A DNA stretch of 64,000 nt from Hypanus sabinus (lineage: Eukaryota): the NCBI RefSeq assembly GCF_030144855.1, contig NC_082720.1:85560001-85624000 (forward strand). Direction: 5' to 3'. The notes beneath the pieces are model-generated. The model made no database searches. It was not told where the DNA came from and saw only the letters and a list, made by a program, of their open reading frames with translations. Below are positions 25,779 to 39,989 of the stretch, piece after piece; positions within the stretch are counted from its first letter, which is position 1, and each line of letters starts with the position of its first letter. A program made the translations under genes and the position numbers.

Positions 25779-26403
25779 TAAAAAAAGTTGTGAACCCCTG
25801 CTCTGTACAATCCAATGTCTCCTCGAGAACTGTGGCTTGTAAAATTCTCCTCAAACTCAAGTCTAGTCGGTGTTGTGCCTTCTTCGTAATTGCATCAATA
25901 TGTTGGGCGCAGGATGGACCAGACTTTCCACTTCTGATCTCTTGATGAGTACTGGTGTGTGTTCCCTCGATTTCCCCATCCTAAAGTACTAATCATTAGC
26001 AGTGATCTGAACATTAATATTGTTTTGGGGGCAAATACAGCATTTCTAAGACATGGTTAGCTCCACCCGTTAAGGTTTTGAGGAAGGGGGCATTAATGCT
26101 TTGCAGCTGTTTTTATAAATTTAATTTGAAAAATCCCTTGATCTTTCATAGCATGAATGAGCAGAAATTCTGGTCAATGTTGAATGTGTTTCCTTGCAAT
26201 TTCAGCTAACCCACATAGAGTAAAGGTATATAGGGGAGCATATACTGTATGAAAGCTTGTGTTAAGATTTTTTTCACAGGTATTCTTTGATATTTTGCTC
26301 TAGGTCTACAACATTTTGTGGACTATCATTTTAGATTTGTGAAATGGAATATAACTATATAAAATCAAAGGTCACGAGGTAATGGTAGTTTCATTTTCTG
26401 CAG

Positions 26404-26574
26404 GATCATTTCATCCACCAGTCAACCAACCATCACAACACATATATCAGCCAGGCAGGGCACCTCTGGGACCCCCTCCAAGTGGGGGCCCTCCTTTAGT
26501 CAGACCATCTCAACCTCTGGCGAACACTAATCATGATGTACCACTGGATCAGAACATTTCAAGAGATTCTGAAG
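26404..26574 (+). CDS. SEC24A: SEC24A exon 3
   Basis: ttttctgcag|GA..GAAG|gtaaaa; 171 nt, phase 1/1; YQPGRAPLGPPPSGGPPLVRP. Confidence 0.9.
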
Positions 26575-27104
26575 GTAAAATTTACAAGGAATGAATTTCA
26601 TTTATTTATAGAATATGGTGTGCAGAAACTTAAGAGAATACGTGCTATTTTATATATAAGCATCAACCCCAAGTGCAGCAGAGTAGATTTATCAGTTCAG
26701 GACTTCAGAGGAGCGAGATTGTCAGATTATGTGAACTGTTGAATGTTATTCCTATTAATACATAAACCTCGTTTTAAGTCAGTTATTTTTTTTAAATGGT
26801 GTACCAGTGAACCAGGTAAGTTTAAAAAGAGAATGGGAATTGGGTCACTGACTTTTAAATAGCAGATTATTGAAGCTTTAGTGTAAATAGAAATTGGTGC
26901 TATTGAAATTCTCATTCATTTCAAGCTAAAAGCCTAATGCTTCAGAAGTACATGTAGCACATTTATTTCTCTTGAAACTAAACACCAAAGGTATATTTCA
27001 AGCTTATAGAAGGCAAAGTGAGAGATTTTTGTTCATGATGTATTGGATTTTTTTTTGTATTTGTGGTACAACCAGATAAATGTAACCATGTTAGGTTGTA
27101 AATA

Positions 27105-27323
27105 GCCATCTGGTGGTGTGGTGTAGTGGCATCAGCGCCAGACTTCAGAGCGAAGCCTTCTGAGTTTGAGTCCAGCAGGCTCCCTTGTGCACTTTCCATC
27201 TGTGCTGGGTTGAGTGTCAAGCTAGCAACTTGGCCTGGTAAAAACAAGAAGGCCTGCTAAGAAAACGTCGTCACAATGGCATCATGATGACTCCACTCGG
27301 AGTTAAGGGCTTCCTCCTTCTTC
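27105..27323 (+). mobile_element. tRNA-derived SINE
   Basis: A-box-like tggtgtagtgg and B-box-like gagtttgagtcc, (CTT)n-type tail, imperfect TSD aggttgtaaata / aggtttaaaata. Confidence 0.65.
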
Positions 27324-28409
27324 CAGGTTTAAAATATTCTGTGCTGTTCATCTTACACAACTGCTTTGGTCCTCCTCATAAAGATCCTTCCATGTTGCTG
27401 TTAGGTAGGGAGTTCCAGGATATGAGCCTAGTAATAAAGAAATTTCAACATAATTCTAAATCAGAATGAGGCGTTCCTGCAGGTGGTAGTGTTTTCAATA
27501 TGCCTTCACGTGTTTTTAGTGAAAGAGGCTGTGAATTTTTGCAAATTGAAGAGACTTCCATCATGCTCTTGACTGTTTTGTGGATGGTGGAAAGGCTTTA
27601 AGACCTGCTCTTCTAGTCACACTACATGTGACTGGTTGAGTTGATTTTCTGGTGAATGGCGTTGCTCAGAATGCCAATGATGGTAATGTGATCTGATTTC
27701 AAGGGCAAATTCTGCATTCTTGCAGACTTGTGCTAAGTAATATTCAGACCACTTCTTTACTCAAGTGTGAATCTGGAGCAGGTCTAGGTCTTGCTACACC
27801 CAGTTATAGATGGTTTTATTTAAGGAGGAGTTGAGAATAGAATTGAACAATTAAAAGATGCAATTCCATTTAATGATGTCACTGATGATGCAATTGAAGA
27901 TACTTCGGCATGGGCTGCCTTAAAGCCTTGCAGCAATATCCTGGGCCTGGAATTATTGATCTCCAGTATCCACAGCTTTATTCCTTTGTGCCATTTGTGA
28001 TCAATCATCAGGCTATTTTCTGACTTCAGCTATATTGTGGCTTCCAGATGGTCAAATGCTGCCTTGACTTTGTCATTTTACCCTTTGATTCACATTTTAA
28101 CCAAAGCTGTGAAAAGGTCAGAAGCTATATGATTATAGCAAAACCCAACCTGGGCAGCTTTTTAAAAGAGTACTTGGTAGAACTATTTAGTAGTCTAATT
28201 GTATAGTGGGTTGCTGAATTAGATGTATCCTGTTTGCTTTCATACACCACACAACTTTATTTTGCAGCATTAAGGCATATTAAAAAAAAATCAAAGTTAC
28301 ATTGTGTTAGTCTAATAGGTTAATTTAGATTTAGTGTCCATGGTATTGATAATTGATGTAGACTTTATGGAGCATTGTAAGAAAATAAAAAGGTGTTGAG
28401 ATTTAGCAA

Positions 28410-30878
28410 AAAGAGTAAACTAGATTTGCAGAGGGATGGGAACCAGATAGTGGAGACAGATGTTCTTAAGACCTCAGGCAAAGTCAGGAATCAAAAGGTT
28501 AAGCACGATGGAAATAATCTTCAGAATCCCATGTATTTCAGTACAAGAAGTATTGTAGGAAAGGCAGATGAGCTTGGGGCATGGATCAATATCTGGAATT
28601 ATGATATAGCCATTACTGAGACACGGTTGTAGGAGGGGGCAGAACTGTCAGCTCAGTGTTCCAGGGTTCCATTGTTTTGGATGAAAAGGAGAGGAGTGCC
28701 GTCACTAGTCAAGGAAAATGTCACAGCAGTGCTCAGTCAGGATAGAGTGGAGAATTTGCAATGCCATTAACTTCAAATTAAATATGCAAAAAGATAGGTT
28801 TAGTGGTTGTAGTGCAATCGTAGATAATGTTAAGTTTCCACATATTGACTGGGACTCTCATACTGTTAAAGGCCTATTGGGATGGAGTTTGTCAAATCTG
28901 TTCAGGAAGGTTTTCTTAATCGATATATAGAAGTTCCAACAAGAGAGTGTGCAATTCTTGATTTGCTATTGGGGAATGAGATGGGGCAGGTGACAAGTTT
29001 GTACGGGTGTGAACACTTTGCATCTAGTGATTACAGTGCCATTAGTTTCAAATTAAATATGCAAAAAGATGGGTCTTGTCTGTGGGTTGACATTAAGAAT
29101 TGGAGAAGGGCCAATTTTGATTGTATCAGGTAGGAGCTGGAAAGTGTGGATTGGGACAGGCTCTTTTCTGGCAAAGGTGTACTTGGTAAGTGAGCAGCCC
29201 TCAAAATTGAAATTTTGAGAGTATAAAGCTTGTAGATGCCTGTCAGAATAAAAGGTAAAGATAACAGGGAACCTTGCTTTTCAAGAGATATTAAGGTCCT
29301 GGTTAAGAGAAAAAGGGTGTATAGCAGGATAGGCAGGCAGGAACAAATGAGGTGCTTATGGAGTATAGAAATGCAAGAGAACACTTAAGAAAGAAATCAG
29401 GAGGGCTCAAAGAAGACGTGAGGTTGCCTTAGCAGATAAAGTGAAGGAGAATCCTAAGAGATTCTATAGATATGTTGAGCAAAAGGATTGCAAGGGACAA
29501 AATTGGTCCTCTGGCAGATCAGCATGGTAATCCATGTGTGGAGCCAAAAGAGATGAGGGAGGTCTTAAATGCCTTTTTTTTTTTGCATCTGTATTTACTT
29601 TGGAGACAGACACAGACAGAGTCTATAGAAGTAAGGCCAGACAGCATGAACTTCATAATTTGTATGCAGAGCTGGAGGTGTTGCTGTGTTGACAAGGGCC
29701 TGACAAGGTGTTCCCTCGGACCCAAGGAAGTTACCAGGAAAACTGATGAAGGCTAAGTAGTGGATTTTGTCTACATGGACTTAAACAAGGCATTTGACAA
29801 GGTCTTACATTGGAGATCGGTGAAGACGATTCAATCGCTTGGCATTCAAGATGAGCTAGTAAATTGTATTAGACATTGTCTTTGTGGGAGAAGCCAGAGA
29901 GTGGTAGTAGGTGGCTGCTTCTCTTGACTGGGGGCCTGTGACTGGATACTGGAGTGCCGCAGGGATTGCTGCTGGGTCCATTGTTGTTTGTCATCTATAT
30001 CAACAGCCTGGATGATTATGTGGTTAACTGGATCAACATATTAGCAGATGACATCAAGAATGGGGGTGTAGTGGACAGCCTGGAGGATTATCATGGCTTG
30101 TAGTGGGATCTAGACCAACTAGGAAAATGGGCTGAAAAATGGCGGTTGGAATTTAGTTCAGTCAAATATGAGGTGTTCCACACGGTAGGACCGATTAGAG
30201 TAGGTCTTTCACAATGGTAAGGCACTGAAGAATTAGGTAGAACATAGGGATCTGGGAATGTGGGTCCATAATGTATTGAAAGTGGCATCACAGGTTAATA
30301 GAGTCATAAAGAAATCTTTTGACACAATGACCCTCATAAGTCAATGTATTGAGTACAGGAGATGGGATGTTATATTGAAGTTGCATAAGACATTGGTGAG
30401 GCCTAATTTGGAGTATTGTGTTCTGTTTTGGTCACCTACTTAGAGGAAAGATTTTGTAAGTGTACAGAATGCTTGCAAGAATGTTGCTGGATCTAGAGAA
30501 CCTGAGTTATATGGAAAGATTGAATAGGTTAGGACTTAATTGAGATTGAGAGGAGATTTGATAGAAGTATACAAAGTTATGAGGGGTGTAGATAGGGTAA
30601 AGGCAAGTAGGCTCTTTCCACTGAGGTGGGGTGGGACTACAACTAGAGGTCGTGGATTAAAGGTGAAAAGTTTAAGGGGGAATATGAGGGAAAACTTCTC
30701 GAGTTTGTGAGAGTGTGGAACAAACTGACAGTACAATTGGTGCATGCAAGCTCAATTTCAACGTTTAAGGGAAATTTGGATGGGTGTATGGATGGTAGGG
30801 GTATGGAGGACTATGGTTCTGGTGCAGTTTGATAGCAGAAGGCAGCTTAAATGGCTCAGCATGGACTAGACTGCTGTA
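28410..30878 (+). mobile_element. CR1 LINE ORF2 (EN plus RT), decayed
   Basis: NYDIAITETRL, PTRECAILDLLLGN, ggagtgccgcaggga, LHKTLVRPNLEYCV; begins at a decayed ORF1/ORF2 junction (taaactagatttgcag). Confidence 0.85.
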
Positions 30879-31144
30879 CTTTAAGTCCGAGAGTATCAGG
30901 ATTCCGTGCTTGAAGTCTTGGCTGCTGTTAGTGGGAGTGATAAAACTGGAATGCTCATGAGGCAAGAAGTGGAAAAGAAAACAGATATCTTGGTGGTTGC
31001 AGAGCTGTAGAAGACCAGGACCAAGACAACTGAAGCATTATTAAAACTACAGAAATATTTTAAGTAGTGATTACAGTGTAATAATAGTTTTTAAATGTGT
31101 AAAGCGTGAATTTAATTTTGATGCTTTTTTTTTCTGTCTTCTAG

Positions 31145-31222
31145 ATTTTAACTCTGGATCATCAGGTGATCAATCAGAAGCTCCTGATAACTATGATACT
31201 TTGGAAGGTGGTGGTAAAATTA
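31145..31222 (+). CDS. SEC24A: SEC24A exon 4
   Basis: gtcttctag|AT..ATTA|gtaagt; 78 nt; ..NYDTLEGGGKI. An in-frame alternative donor 9 nt upstream (G|gtaaaa) is possible. Confidence 0.85.
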
Positions 31223-31581
31223 GTAAGTGAATTTAGTCACTGTATGTTTGCGCAGTTGTTTGGAAAGCTTGCAGGAGCTGATAAAGCCTGTTTATTGTAT
31301 AATTAGTAAACTCAAGGCTCTACTCTGTCAACCACTTTTTATATACAAGAGCCTACTTGCAATTACGAAAGATACCTTAATGTAAAGAATACGTTATTGT
31401 ACATTGATTTTAACCTGAAGTTTGCCCGATGCAGGGGTTATTTGTTTCCTTTACCACAAAAGTGACCGTACTTCATATAGCATGAAATGCTGTAGCGCTT
31501 GTCTTTTCTCTAAGTTGCATGTTAATTCTGCCCTGTTATTTCTTGAGGTACAATTTGATGCCTATTTTTATTTCCTTACAG

Positions 31582-31727
31582 TGCAGCCACTTCAGCAAGG
31601 CCTCAAGACCAGAGGAGCGCTTGGTCACTCTTACCCCTCCATGCCTCCTGGATACCAAAACTTAGCAGGCCCTGGCATTCCAGGCAGTAAGTTGCCAGAT
31701 GCAGCAGGATCACAACAATTCTCTCAG
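31582..31727 (+). CDS. SEC24A: SEC24A exon 5
   Basis: ttccttacag|TG..CAG|gtactt; 146 nt; GHSYPSMPPGYQN. Confidence 0.88.
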
Positions 31728-32477
31728 GTACTTAAGGTGCAGATTCTATTTTCACTATTCCATTTGGTGAGAAATGAGTTAAAAGTCCATCTGAGTAGTT
31801 GTTCTGCTCTGGATACTTGGCGAAACTAGAACTTTCTTTTTGTGGGCTTTTGGATCATGGGTTCCTGCTGCCACTGTCTTGATCGTGGTAGAAAAAAAGG
31901 TTCGAAGGTTCATGTTATTGTCAAAGTATGTAATCAGAATACAACTCTGAAATTTGTCTTCTCCAGATAGCCATAGAATACAGAATGCCACAGAAGTAAT
32001 AGAAGATCCAAGTTGTGGTGCAACCAAGCTGAAAAGGGAGAGTAAATGGAAAAGTCTTTATTCCATTCATCCCTTCATTTTGAGTAACAATAAAATCATG
32101 GGAGTAAGATGCTTGTGATCTTGCCTTGTGGGATATGAAAAAGATGTTTATTCAGTTAAAAAAAAAAATGCTGCACATTTTCCTTACTGAAGGTTACCTG
32201 CACACAATACTCATTGAAATCTATATAGTAGTATTTTCAAAGTTAATATTAAAATGCACAACAATCTTTTGAGCTCTTGCAATCTAAGAATTACCTTTGC
32301 CTTAAGATTGTCTGAATTTAAATAATTTTATTAAATTGTGGTTCTTGATCTCTTCACAGCTAGATTGTGATCAGATTGGAGAATGTCACTTTTTTTTTGA
32401 AAATTTACTCAGAGCTGGTAACTCAGCCAAATGAATTGCATACTGCAGTGTATCATTAAGAAACTTTTGGGCAGATA

Positions 32478-32830
32478 GGGCTAAACAGACATGATTGGCA
32501 ACTCATCTTGGCAAAGGAAAATTTTGATCTCAAGCCCATGCTGCCTTGTGGCTATAACCACTCAACAGGAAGGTTTCCAGGAGTAAACCCTGAGGAAAAT
32601 TCCAGAGCTGGAGTTCCTAAGCCAGTCCTACATTGAGTTCAATACTGACTGGCACTTCCTGTGATGCCACTGGTGCCAAACTGTATTGGTCCTGTGTTCC
32701 TTAGGATTCATCATTTGTGTGTAGGGAGTAAGACTGCTGCAGGGACAACACCTTGCTCTCCATTTTGTATCGCCCTGGCTTTCGCATCACATACACAGCT
32801 AGGTTGCAATATCCATGGTCGACACTAAGT
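32478..32830 (+). mobile_element. RTE-related non-autonomous retroelement, related to 48290-48449
   Basis: Shares its 3' half (..tccatggtc..actaa) with the 48.3 kb copy; family call from recall. Confidence 0.45.
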
Positions 32831-32994
32831 TGGGTTGATGCTTTAGAGTAGATGAGAGACAAAATTCAGTGCGGACCAAGACAAATTAAGTAAAATTTCA
32901 GGTTCCACCAGGTTGGTGGAAAAGTCTCTTTTAGAATACTGAATCTGTGTTTGTTATCTCTGCCAGTCCTTAAATCAGAACTTGTTCCCTCTAG

Positions 32995-33176
32995 GCTCCG
33001 AATTTTAATCAAATTATGACTGGGATAGGTGGACTTAATCTTCAGCAGGGCCACCAGTCAGAAGGAGTACGACCTGTGAATCTCCTGCAAGAAAGAAATA
33101 TTCTGCCTTCAGTTCCTGTCAAAGCCCCTCATCCAAACCTGCACAAAGACCTACAGAAACTGAATTGTAATCCGGA
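32995..33176 (+). CDS. SEC24A: SEC24A exon 6
   Basis: ccctctag|GCT..CCGGA|gtaagt; 182 nt; EGVRPVNLLQERNILP..LQKLNCNPE. Confidence 0.92.
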
Positions 33177-33285
33177 GTAAGTATGGGCTTCTCAATATAT
33201 TCTCAGGTCCAGTTAATGTAATTGAGAATTCAAAATCTCTCCATATTTACTTCTGCTCAGATGAATTTTTTTCTTTTTTTTTAAG

Positions 33286-33388
33286 AGTGTTCAGGTGCAC
33301 ATTGACCAACATCCCTCAAACTCAGTCTTTACTGAGCAAAGCTAAGCTTCCTTTAGGATTACAGCTGCATCCATTTAGAGATCTATCG
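33286..33388 (+). CDS. SEC24A: SEC24A exon 7
   Basis: tttttttaag|A..TCG|gtaaga; 103 nt; VFRCTLTNIPQTQSLLSKAKLPLGLQLHPFRDLS. Confidence 0.95.
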
Positions 33389-33692
33389 GTAAGACGAATC
33401 TAATGCCTAGTCTGTTTTGGAAAATGGAAACTTCTAATGTTATTTTTATCAAATTGCTTGTGTTGTAAGATACCCTTGATCCCCTTCCCACAGCAATGTG
33501 GTTCAGATCGGGAGCACATAAATGAGATGAAATGAAGGACTCATGCCAGCGTTTATAATTGAGTATGCTGGACCGGTCTAAAGTTTTAATTTTCATAATT
33601 CTGATTTTTTTACGAGAAGCATTCATTTGTACAATTTCCTTTGAACTTGTGCCCATATCTTTGGTTGTTTAGTGTTGTGGTTTTTGTTGCAG

Positions 33693-33819
33693 CAATTGCC
33701 TGTGGTTACATCGAGTACCATTGTGAGATGTCGCTCTTGCAGAACCTACATAAATCCTTTTGTTAACTTTTTGGACCAAAGAAGATGGAAATGTAACTTG
33801 TGCTATCGAGTAAATGATG
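33693..33819 (+). CDS. SEC24A: SEC24A exon 8, Sec23/Sec24 zinc finger
   Basis: ttgcag|CAA..GATG|gtaggt; 127 nt; IVRCRSCRTYINPF..RWKCNLCYRVND. Confidence 0.96.
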
Positions 33820-34969
33820 GTAGGTTCAGCAAAGTTTCACGCTTTTAAGTTAATTTTAAATAAAATCCTTTCAAAAGAAACTTAATGTTAATTTACAAAG
33901 AAGAGGAACAGTGTAAACCAGCTATTATATGTACTTCTAAGATATAGCTAGCTAACTGAAAGGAGATTTAGTCAAATATTTAGAGAGATTTTGGACTTGT
34001 AGCATTGAGTCTGCTTCAGGTGCAAAAGTGTACCAGGAGGGTGTATGGACAATGAAAATAACATTTTTGGGGAAAAAAGGAGAGTTTGTATTTACACACT
34101 GTTTCAGCTCAGAATGGCTTATATTAAAAGTGGGCTCTCTTAAGTCTGAGCATATCACTTTCAATATAGCATTGAAGGATCTGTGCAGGAAGTTGATTGT
34201 CTTTGGCAGTAGCTGAAAAACACGTATTGCTGAAGTTCATTTTCTCCCCTTCAAATAGTTGGGCAATTTCTTGTCATTTCTAAAAGTTGATACAGTCTTG
34301 GTTTAATGAATCCTGGGTCCTATTCTTTTGCTCCCTTTTTCACCTGCAGGTCAGTTTCTTTTCAATATTTGAAAGTAAGTTCCAGTAACCATCTTGGGTT
34401 CGAGGGCTGGAGCATTTAAAGACTCACCAATGATCCTTAGCAACCTAGGTTCAGTTAGGTGGTCTCTGTAAACACCTGAAACTGAGCCACATTAAAAAAA
34501 ATCACATACATAAGAAAGGTTATTGTACTTGGAATTAGATATGGCCAGTGAGCAACATGGTGAATGCTGTCATACCAATATTTTTTTGCCACTCCAGCTT
34601 GCGTTTGTATTACATTTAACATGTCCTTGAGCATGTCATGGAAATGTTGTCAAACATAACTAAGCCTTGTTCTAAGGAATATCTTAATTATTAAAAAGAG
34701 AATACTGGTTTGGGTCCTTTTGAATTTGATTTGCTGGGAGTGATTTGATTCTGAGGAGTCCAGAGTTGGAAAAGAATCTCATATGGTTGTTTAACTAAAG
34801 GAATATAGAAATGAGGAGGTATGAGCCATGGAGAGATTCGGACACTAAGATGAGGATTTTAAAAATTGCATTGAGTTAATAAAAATCATTGAGAGTCCTG
34901 TGTAATGGGGCTTGATGTGGTTTAGGGTTAGCTGCAGAAATTTGAATGGGCTGAAGTTCATAGAAGAGG

Positions 34970-35375
34970 GGAAACAGCATTATGAAGGACCCCACGCACC
35001 CCTCATACAATCTCTTCTCCCTCCTGCCGTCTGGGAAAAGACTCCAAAGCGTTCGGGCTCTCATGACCAGACTATATAACAGTTTCTTCCCCCAAACTAT
35101 CAGACTCCTCAATACCCGAAGCCTGGACTAACACCTTGCCCTATTGTCCTGTTTATTATTTATTGTAATGCCTGCACTGTTTTTGTGCACTTTATGCAGT
35201 CCAGTGTAGATCTGTAGTCTAGTATAGCTTTATCTGTCTTTTTTATTAAGTAGTTCAGTCTAGTTTTTTGTACTGTGTCATGTAAACCATGGTCCTGAAA
35301 AATGTTGTCTCATTTTTACTATGCACTGTACCAGCAGTTATGGTCGAAATGACAATAAAAGTTGACTTGACTTGA
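34970..35375 (+). mobile_element. Rex1/Babar LINE 3' end
   Basis: SIMKDPTHPSYNLFSLLPSGKR..SFFPQTIRLLN; tail aataaaagttgacttgacttga. Confidence 0.85.
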
Positions 35376-35524
35376 GATGAAAATTTCTTTTAGTTGTATT
35401 GGAATAGCAAATTCCAATGGCAGATGAGGTATCAGCTGAATTTGCCCATGTTGTGGAAGTTTGTATGATATTTTCTACTTCCTTGTAATTTGAAAATTTC
35501 TATTAATGTTCCACTGATGCTTAG

Positions 35525-35634
35525 TTCCTGAAGAATTCATGTATAATCCTGTGACACGATCATACGGAGAACCACATAAGCGACCTGAAGTTCAAAGTGC
35601 GACTATAGAGTTCATTGCTCCTTCAGAATATATG
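35525..35634 (+). CDS. SEC24A: SEC24A exon 9
   Basis: gcttag|TT..ATG|gtgagt; 110 nt; VPEEFMYNP..RPEVQSATIEFIAPSEYM. Confidence 0.95.
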
Positions 35635-36796
35635 GTGAGTGTACACCTATTGTATTTTTTAAGGTACTATAGTACTGTCATGTTAGGGATAATAAATTAT
35701 GTTACTATCACCTCTGCATATATTTTCTGGTTGAACCTATTTTGTTGGTGAAGCTTGTGGGGTATGAAATTGTATTCCAAAATGCTGCTATACCTTGGCT
35801 GAAACTTAATTTATTTTCTGATTAATGGAGTTTGTAGTTTTATGGATCATATCAGGCCAACTGGAAATTTTGGCTGAACAATTCCTGTTGAGGCTAACAA
35901 TTATAACTCCAGCATAATTCTACACAGAGACCTGTAGACCTGAGACACAGAGATGTCATTCTCCTTACGAGGCTCTTTTTTTGGAGTGTTGTAGAAGAAC
36001 TTGGATTGCATTGTTCTGGGTCTATTTTAGGAAAAGCTTGCCTAAAATTTTTGTAATCTTACAATGCCAACATAGGAGACATATTGATTTTAATAAAATC
36101 TTAGTACATCTCCCTTCCATTATTCCATGAATGTCTACTGGTCTAAGGCCAGTCTTTGACATTCCCATTGTTTTATGTGAAGGCCCACACTGATTTTCCA
36201 CTTCCTGGCCCTGTGCCTGTTTCTCAAATTATCATTCTCCCTTCTACCCCGCCTCACTGACAATTACTTTCAAGTCCAGTTTGAGAGGAAATTGTTCATA
36301 AGGAAGCAAAGTTAAATTTCATGTGATCTATTAATAGTTAAATGTTTTCTATATATCCTTCCCGCCCCACCGTATAGAAGGAAAATATACTGGCAAATGG
36401 GAATTCTGAAATAAAACAAAAGAAGTGTCAATTTTCTGCATACTTGATAAAATCTCTGAGAATAATTGTACTGATAAGTCAGAGCATCAAATCCAGTTCA
36501 TTTTAATGGGTACCCTACATGTACTTATGTGCCAATATTCTGCTCAGTTGTGACAAAGGCATTGATATTTTATTTTAGTAATGTTGGCTGAGAAGTAAAT
36601 GTTGATTTTTTTTTAACATTTTGATTATACAATTTGATACACTAGCAATGTTATTTTAAGGAAAGTGAGCCAATGCTTGTGTTTGGTGACAATAGTGTTG
36701 TTTATTAGTTTATAAAACTCACAATTTTCATTTACTTGTTTGTTTCATTACAAAATTAATTTTTCTCACTTATGAATATATTTCTCTCTACCTTAG

Positions 36797-36909
36797 CTGC
36801 GACCACCACAACCTGCAGTGTACCTTTATATCTTGGATGTGTCTCATAATGCAATAGAGTCTGGATATTTACATACTGTCTGCCAGTTGTTGTTGGATAA
36901 TCTTGACAT
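36797..36909 (+). CDS. SEC24A: SEC24A exon 10, start of trunk (vWA) domain
   Basis: ccttag|CTG..GACAT|gtaaga; 113 nt; LRPPQPAVYLYILDVSHNAIESGY. Confidence 0.95.
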
Positions 36910-39258
36910 GTAAGATTAATATCCTTTCCTTCACCTTTTATTAGAAATGGTTTATATTTGGAATACTTGATGTGCAGATTTGTATGATGTCTGTTTAAAA
37001 ATGTATATATGGATGTGTTATGAACTAAAGGATTGGGAATGATACTTGTTTCAGATTTCATGGCACAGAAACTAGGAGTCTTTAGTGAGTAGCAAAAGGT
37101 TCTTTTAGCATATTTAATAGATGCAAAGTTATGCATTATTTCCAAGTTTCAGTCTTTTGCCAAAGACTCCCAAGTTAAATTCATCAGGCTACCAAGTTTG
37201 ATCCAATCATAACACAATTGGTAAAATGTTGTTCTGGGTATTTTTTAATACCTCTTCTTGAGAGAAATGTAGCCATGTTTGCAGAAGTGCCAATTATTAA
37301 TTGAAGGTGGGAGAACATGACATGCAGCAAACAGTCTGCTTATAGTAAAGTCAATGCACAAGAAAACTGAATCTTTCATGAGTTAAGGGGGGGAAAAAAG
37401 CTAGCTTCTCTAAATAAGACCTTTGAAATTATCTAGAAAAAATAGTTAGTGAAGGGTGGTTGCAAACAAATTATGTAATAAAATGATTCGCAGTCACAAA
37501 CAGCAGTGAGGTTACTAAATTTGATTGGTAAAGGACTTGGCACAGTTAACTCCATTCTGACTATTAATCCCTGAATGAATTTTTAACAAGTACGGAAATA
37601 ACTTGAGGTATTGTACGTTATGCAAACTTATTTGATGGTGAATGCTTTGGGTGAACAGCAAAGGACATTTTACATACACTCCTTGTTGGATTTCTGTCAC
37701 ATAAGTTGAGTTTTATAATAGGTTTTTATTCATGATTTCCAAGCCTTGGAACTGTAGAAATCATTCCAGATTGTACAGTGTGGAGTTGGTGGTTTTATTT
37801 TCGGAGGTAAATCCCACTTGGGTTCATTCAAATGTCAGATAAGTTCGACACCCAAGAATATGTAGAAAGTAGACTAATAGAGAGGAATACTTCCACTCAA
37901 GCATTTGCTGAATGCTTGTGTGGAAGTGTTTCTCTCTATTGACCTACTTTTAAAATTCTGTAGCAATTATAGCTGCATCCCACTGGAGAAAGCATTGAAA
38001 TTCAAGTGGGATGATGGCACAAAATTTTTTTTTGGATTGTGTTCTGCTGTGAATGCAACCACATATATAGATCATTTAGAATTGAGATGATGAGAATATG
38101 TGGTAGACTATTATTGGCTATTTTGTTAGTCACCCTGTAAATATAATATTGGGCTGCATCATACTGACATGGTTAATTTCCTTTGGACTGCTTTCACCTG
38201 ACCTTCTCTGGACCAGATACAGAGAGGGGTTAGGTTTTACCAGCTCAAAGGTCATCACTTTGTATACTGCTTAGATAACTTGCGTCATTCAGAAACATTT
38301 TTTAATAAAAGCATCAATTTGTATAAGAAGATGCAATATTGTATAGAATTAAAGATTTAAAATCTGAAGATGAACCATTTGGCCCACCTCGTCCTTACTG
38401 ATTAAGGTATGTGTTTGCATCAGTCTTATTGGCCTGCATTAATCCCCTATCCTTTTATGGTTTTCCTATCTAACTACTTGTCAAAATGCAGATTAAATGT
38501 TGTAACTGTATCCACCTTTGCAACCTCTTCCAGAAGCTCTTTCCTTATAACACCCACTGGTTCTAAATTGTTCTATTTTCCCTTGCCCCAGGGAAAAAAG
38601 ACTCCTGACTATCTATTCCTTCTGCCCCTCTTAATTTTATAAACCTGCACCTGGTAGCCTCCACATACAATGTTCCCTTAGGAGTAAACTCTTAACTCTC
38701 CTTGAAGGTACAGCCCTCCATTCCAGGTAATATGCAGGTGAATCTCTTCTGCACACATTACTTGCATTTCCTTCTTTCCTATAAATCTTTGTTCCACAGT
38801 GCCCAATAATATATGCCGGTCTCTAGTCCTGCACCATCTCTGAGATGATTTGGGAGTCTTTTTTTTATTGAACTTGCATGTGAAAGTCGGAGACATACTT
38901 TCACATCTAACAATGAAAGGCTGGCAATTCCAATAAAAATCATTAGGAAATGGTTAGAATAATTTGTCCTATGTTACCGAAAGCATCTACATTTTTATAT
39001 TTTAAGTTTCAAAATAACTTAATTCTCTGCAGTTGTTTTTGTAGACTTTGTTCAAGTACATTATATAAAATTCCTTTATAAATTCACATTGTTTGCAAAA
39101 CATTTAGGTTTCCTTTTGATTGTACAAAAGGTGAGGGCAAGGTTATAAAAATAGAAAAATGCTTAATTTGATCTTTAAATGGATTAGTTTCTGCACAAGG
39201 AAGTTGCAGTGCCAGTAAGAATAGATACTTAGTGACTTGGCTTTGTTTGGAATTTCAG

Positions 39259-39377
39259 GTTACCTGGTGATTCTCGTACAAGGATTGGTTTTATTACATT
39301 TGATAGCACCATTCATTTCTACAATCTTCAAGAAGGCCTGTCGCAACCTCAAATGATGGTTGTTTCTGATATAGAAG
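39259..39377 (+). CDS. SEC24A: SEC24A exon 11
   Basis: tttcag|G..GAAG|gtatgt; 119 nt; LPGDSRTRIGFITFDSTIHFYNL. Confidence 0.95.
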
Positions 39378-39989
39378 GTATGTTTTTAATAACTAGGTTA
39401 AGTTATGGCCTGTAACAACATTTGGTGTAAGCAGATATATAATTTGTATAAAATGTATTTGCTTGTGAAATAAACATCACAAATAGCATAGTAACTGCAG
39501 CATCTGAATTACAGGTAGTAATTTTACCTCCGCAAGGTCCCTCAAATCCTGAATGAATAATTCATTTGAAAATTGGAATGTTATCAAGTGTTTCATTCTT
39601 GATTAAGCCATCATAATCTACCAAATTTTTGGAAAAACAGAACCACTGTGTACATCTAATAAACTGTTTCCCCTCCTCTTGTTCCATCCTTGTCATTGCC
39701 TCCGACTGAACTGGATTGTTTACAGTTCTGCATCTGTTTGAACTCAAGTTGATGAACTTTGATCACCCTTATCACTGGTCACCACCAAACATTGCTTTCT
39801 GTGGCCAGGTTTCCCATCTCCATGCTACTTTGAAAACTATCTCTTGAGACAGATTCCATCTGCCAGTAAAGTTCCCCTTGTTAACTTCTGTGATACATTA
39901 GCTGCATAGTCTAATTTTTAAAAGAAAATATCTCAACAAACCTCATTGTATTCTTCAGCGCTTCAGTGCATTTCTTCTGTACTGTAGAG

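Noticed and set aside
27105-27180. Real tRNA gene
   Set aside because: No intact cloverleaf; it continues into a SINE body with a simple-repeat tail
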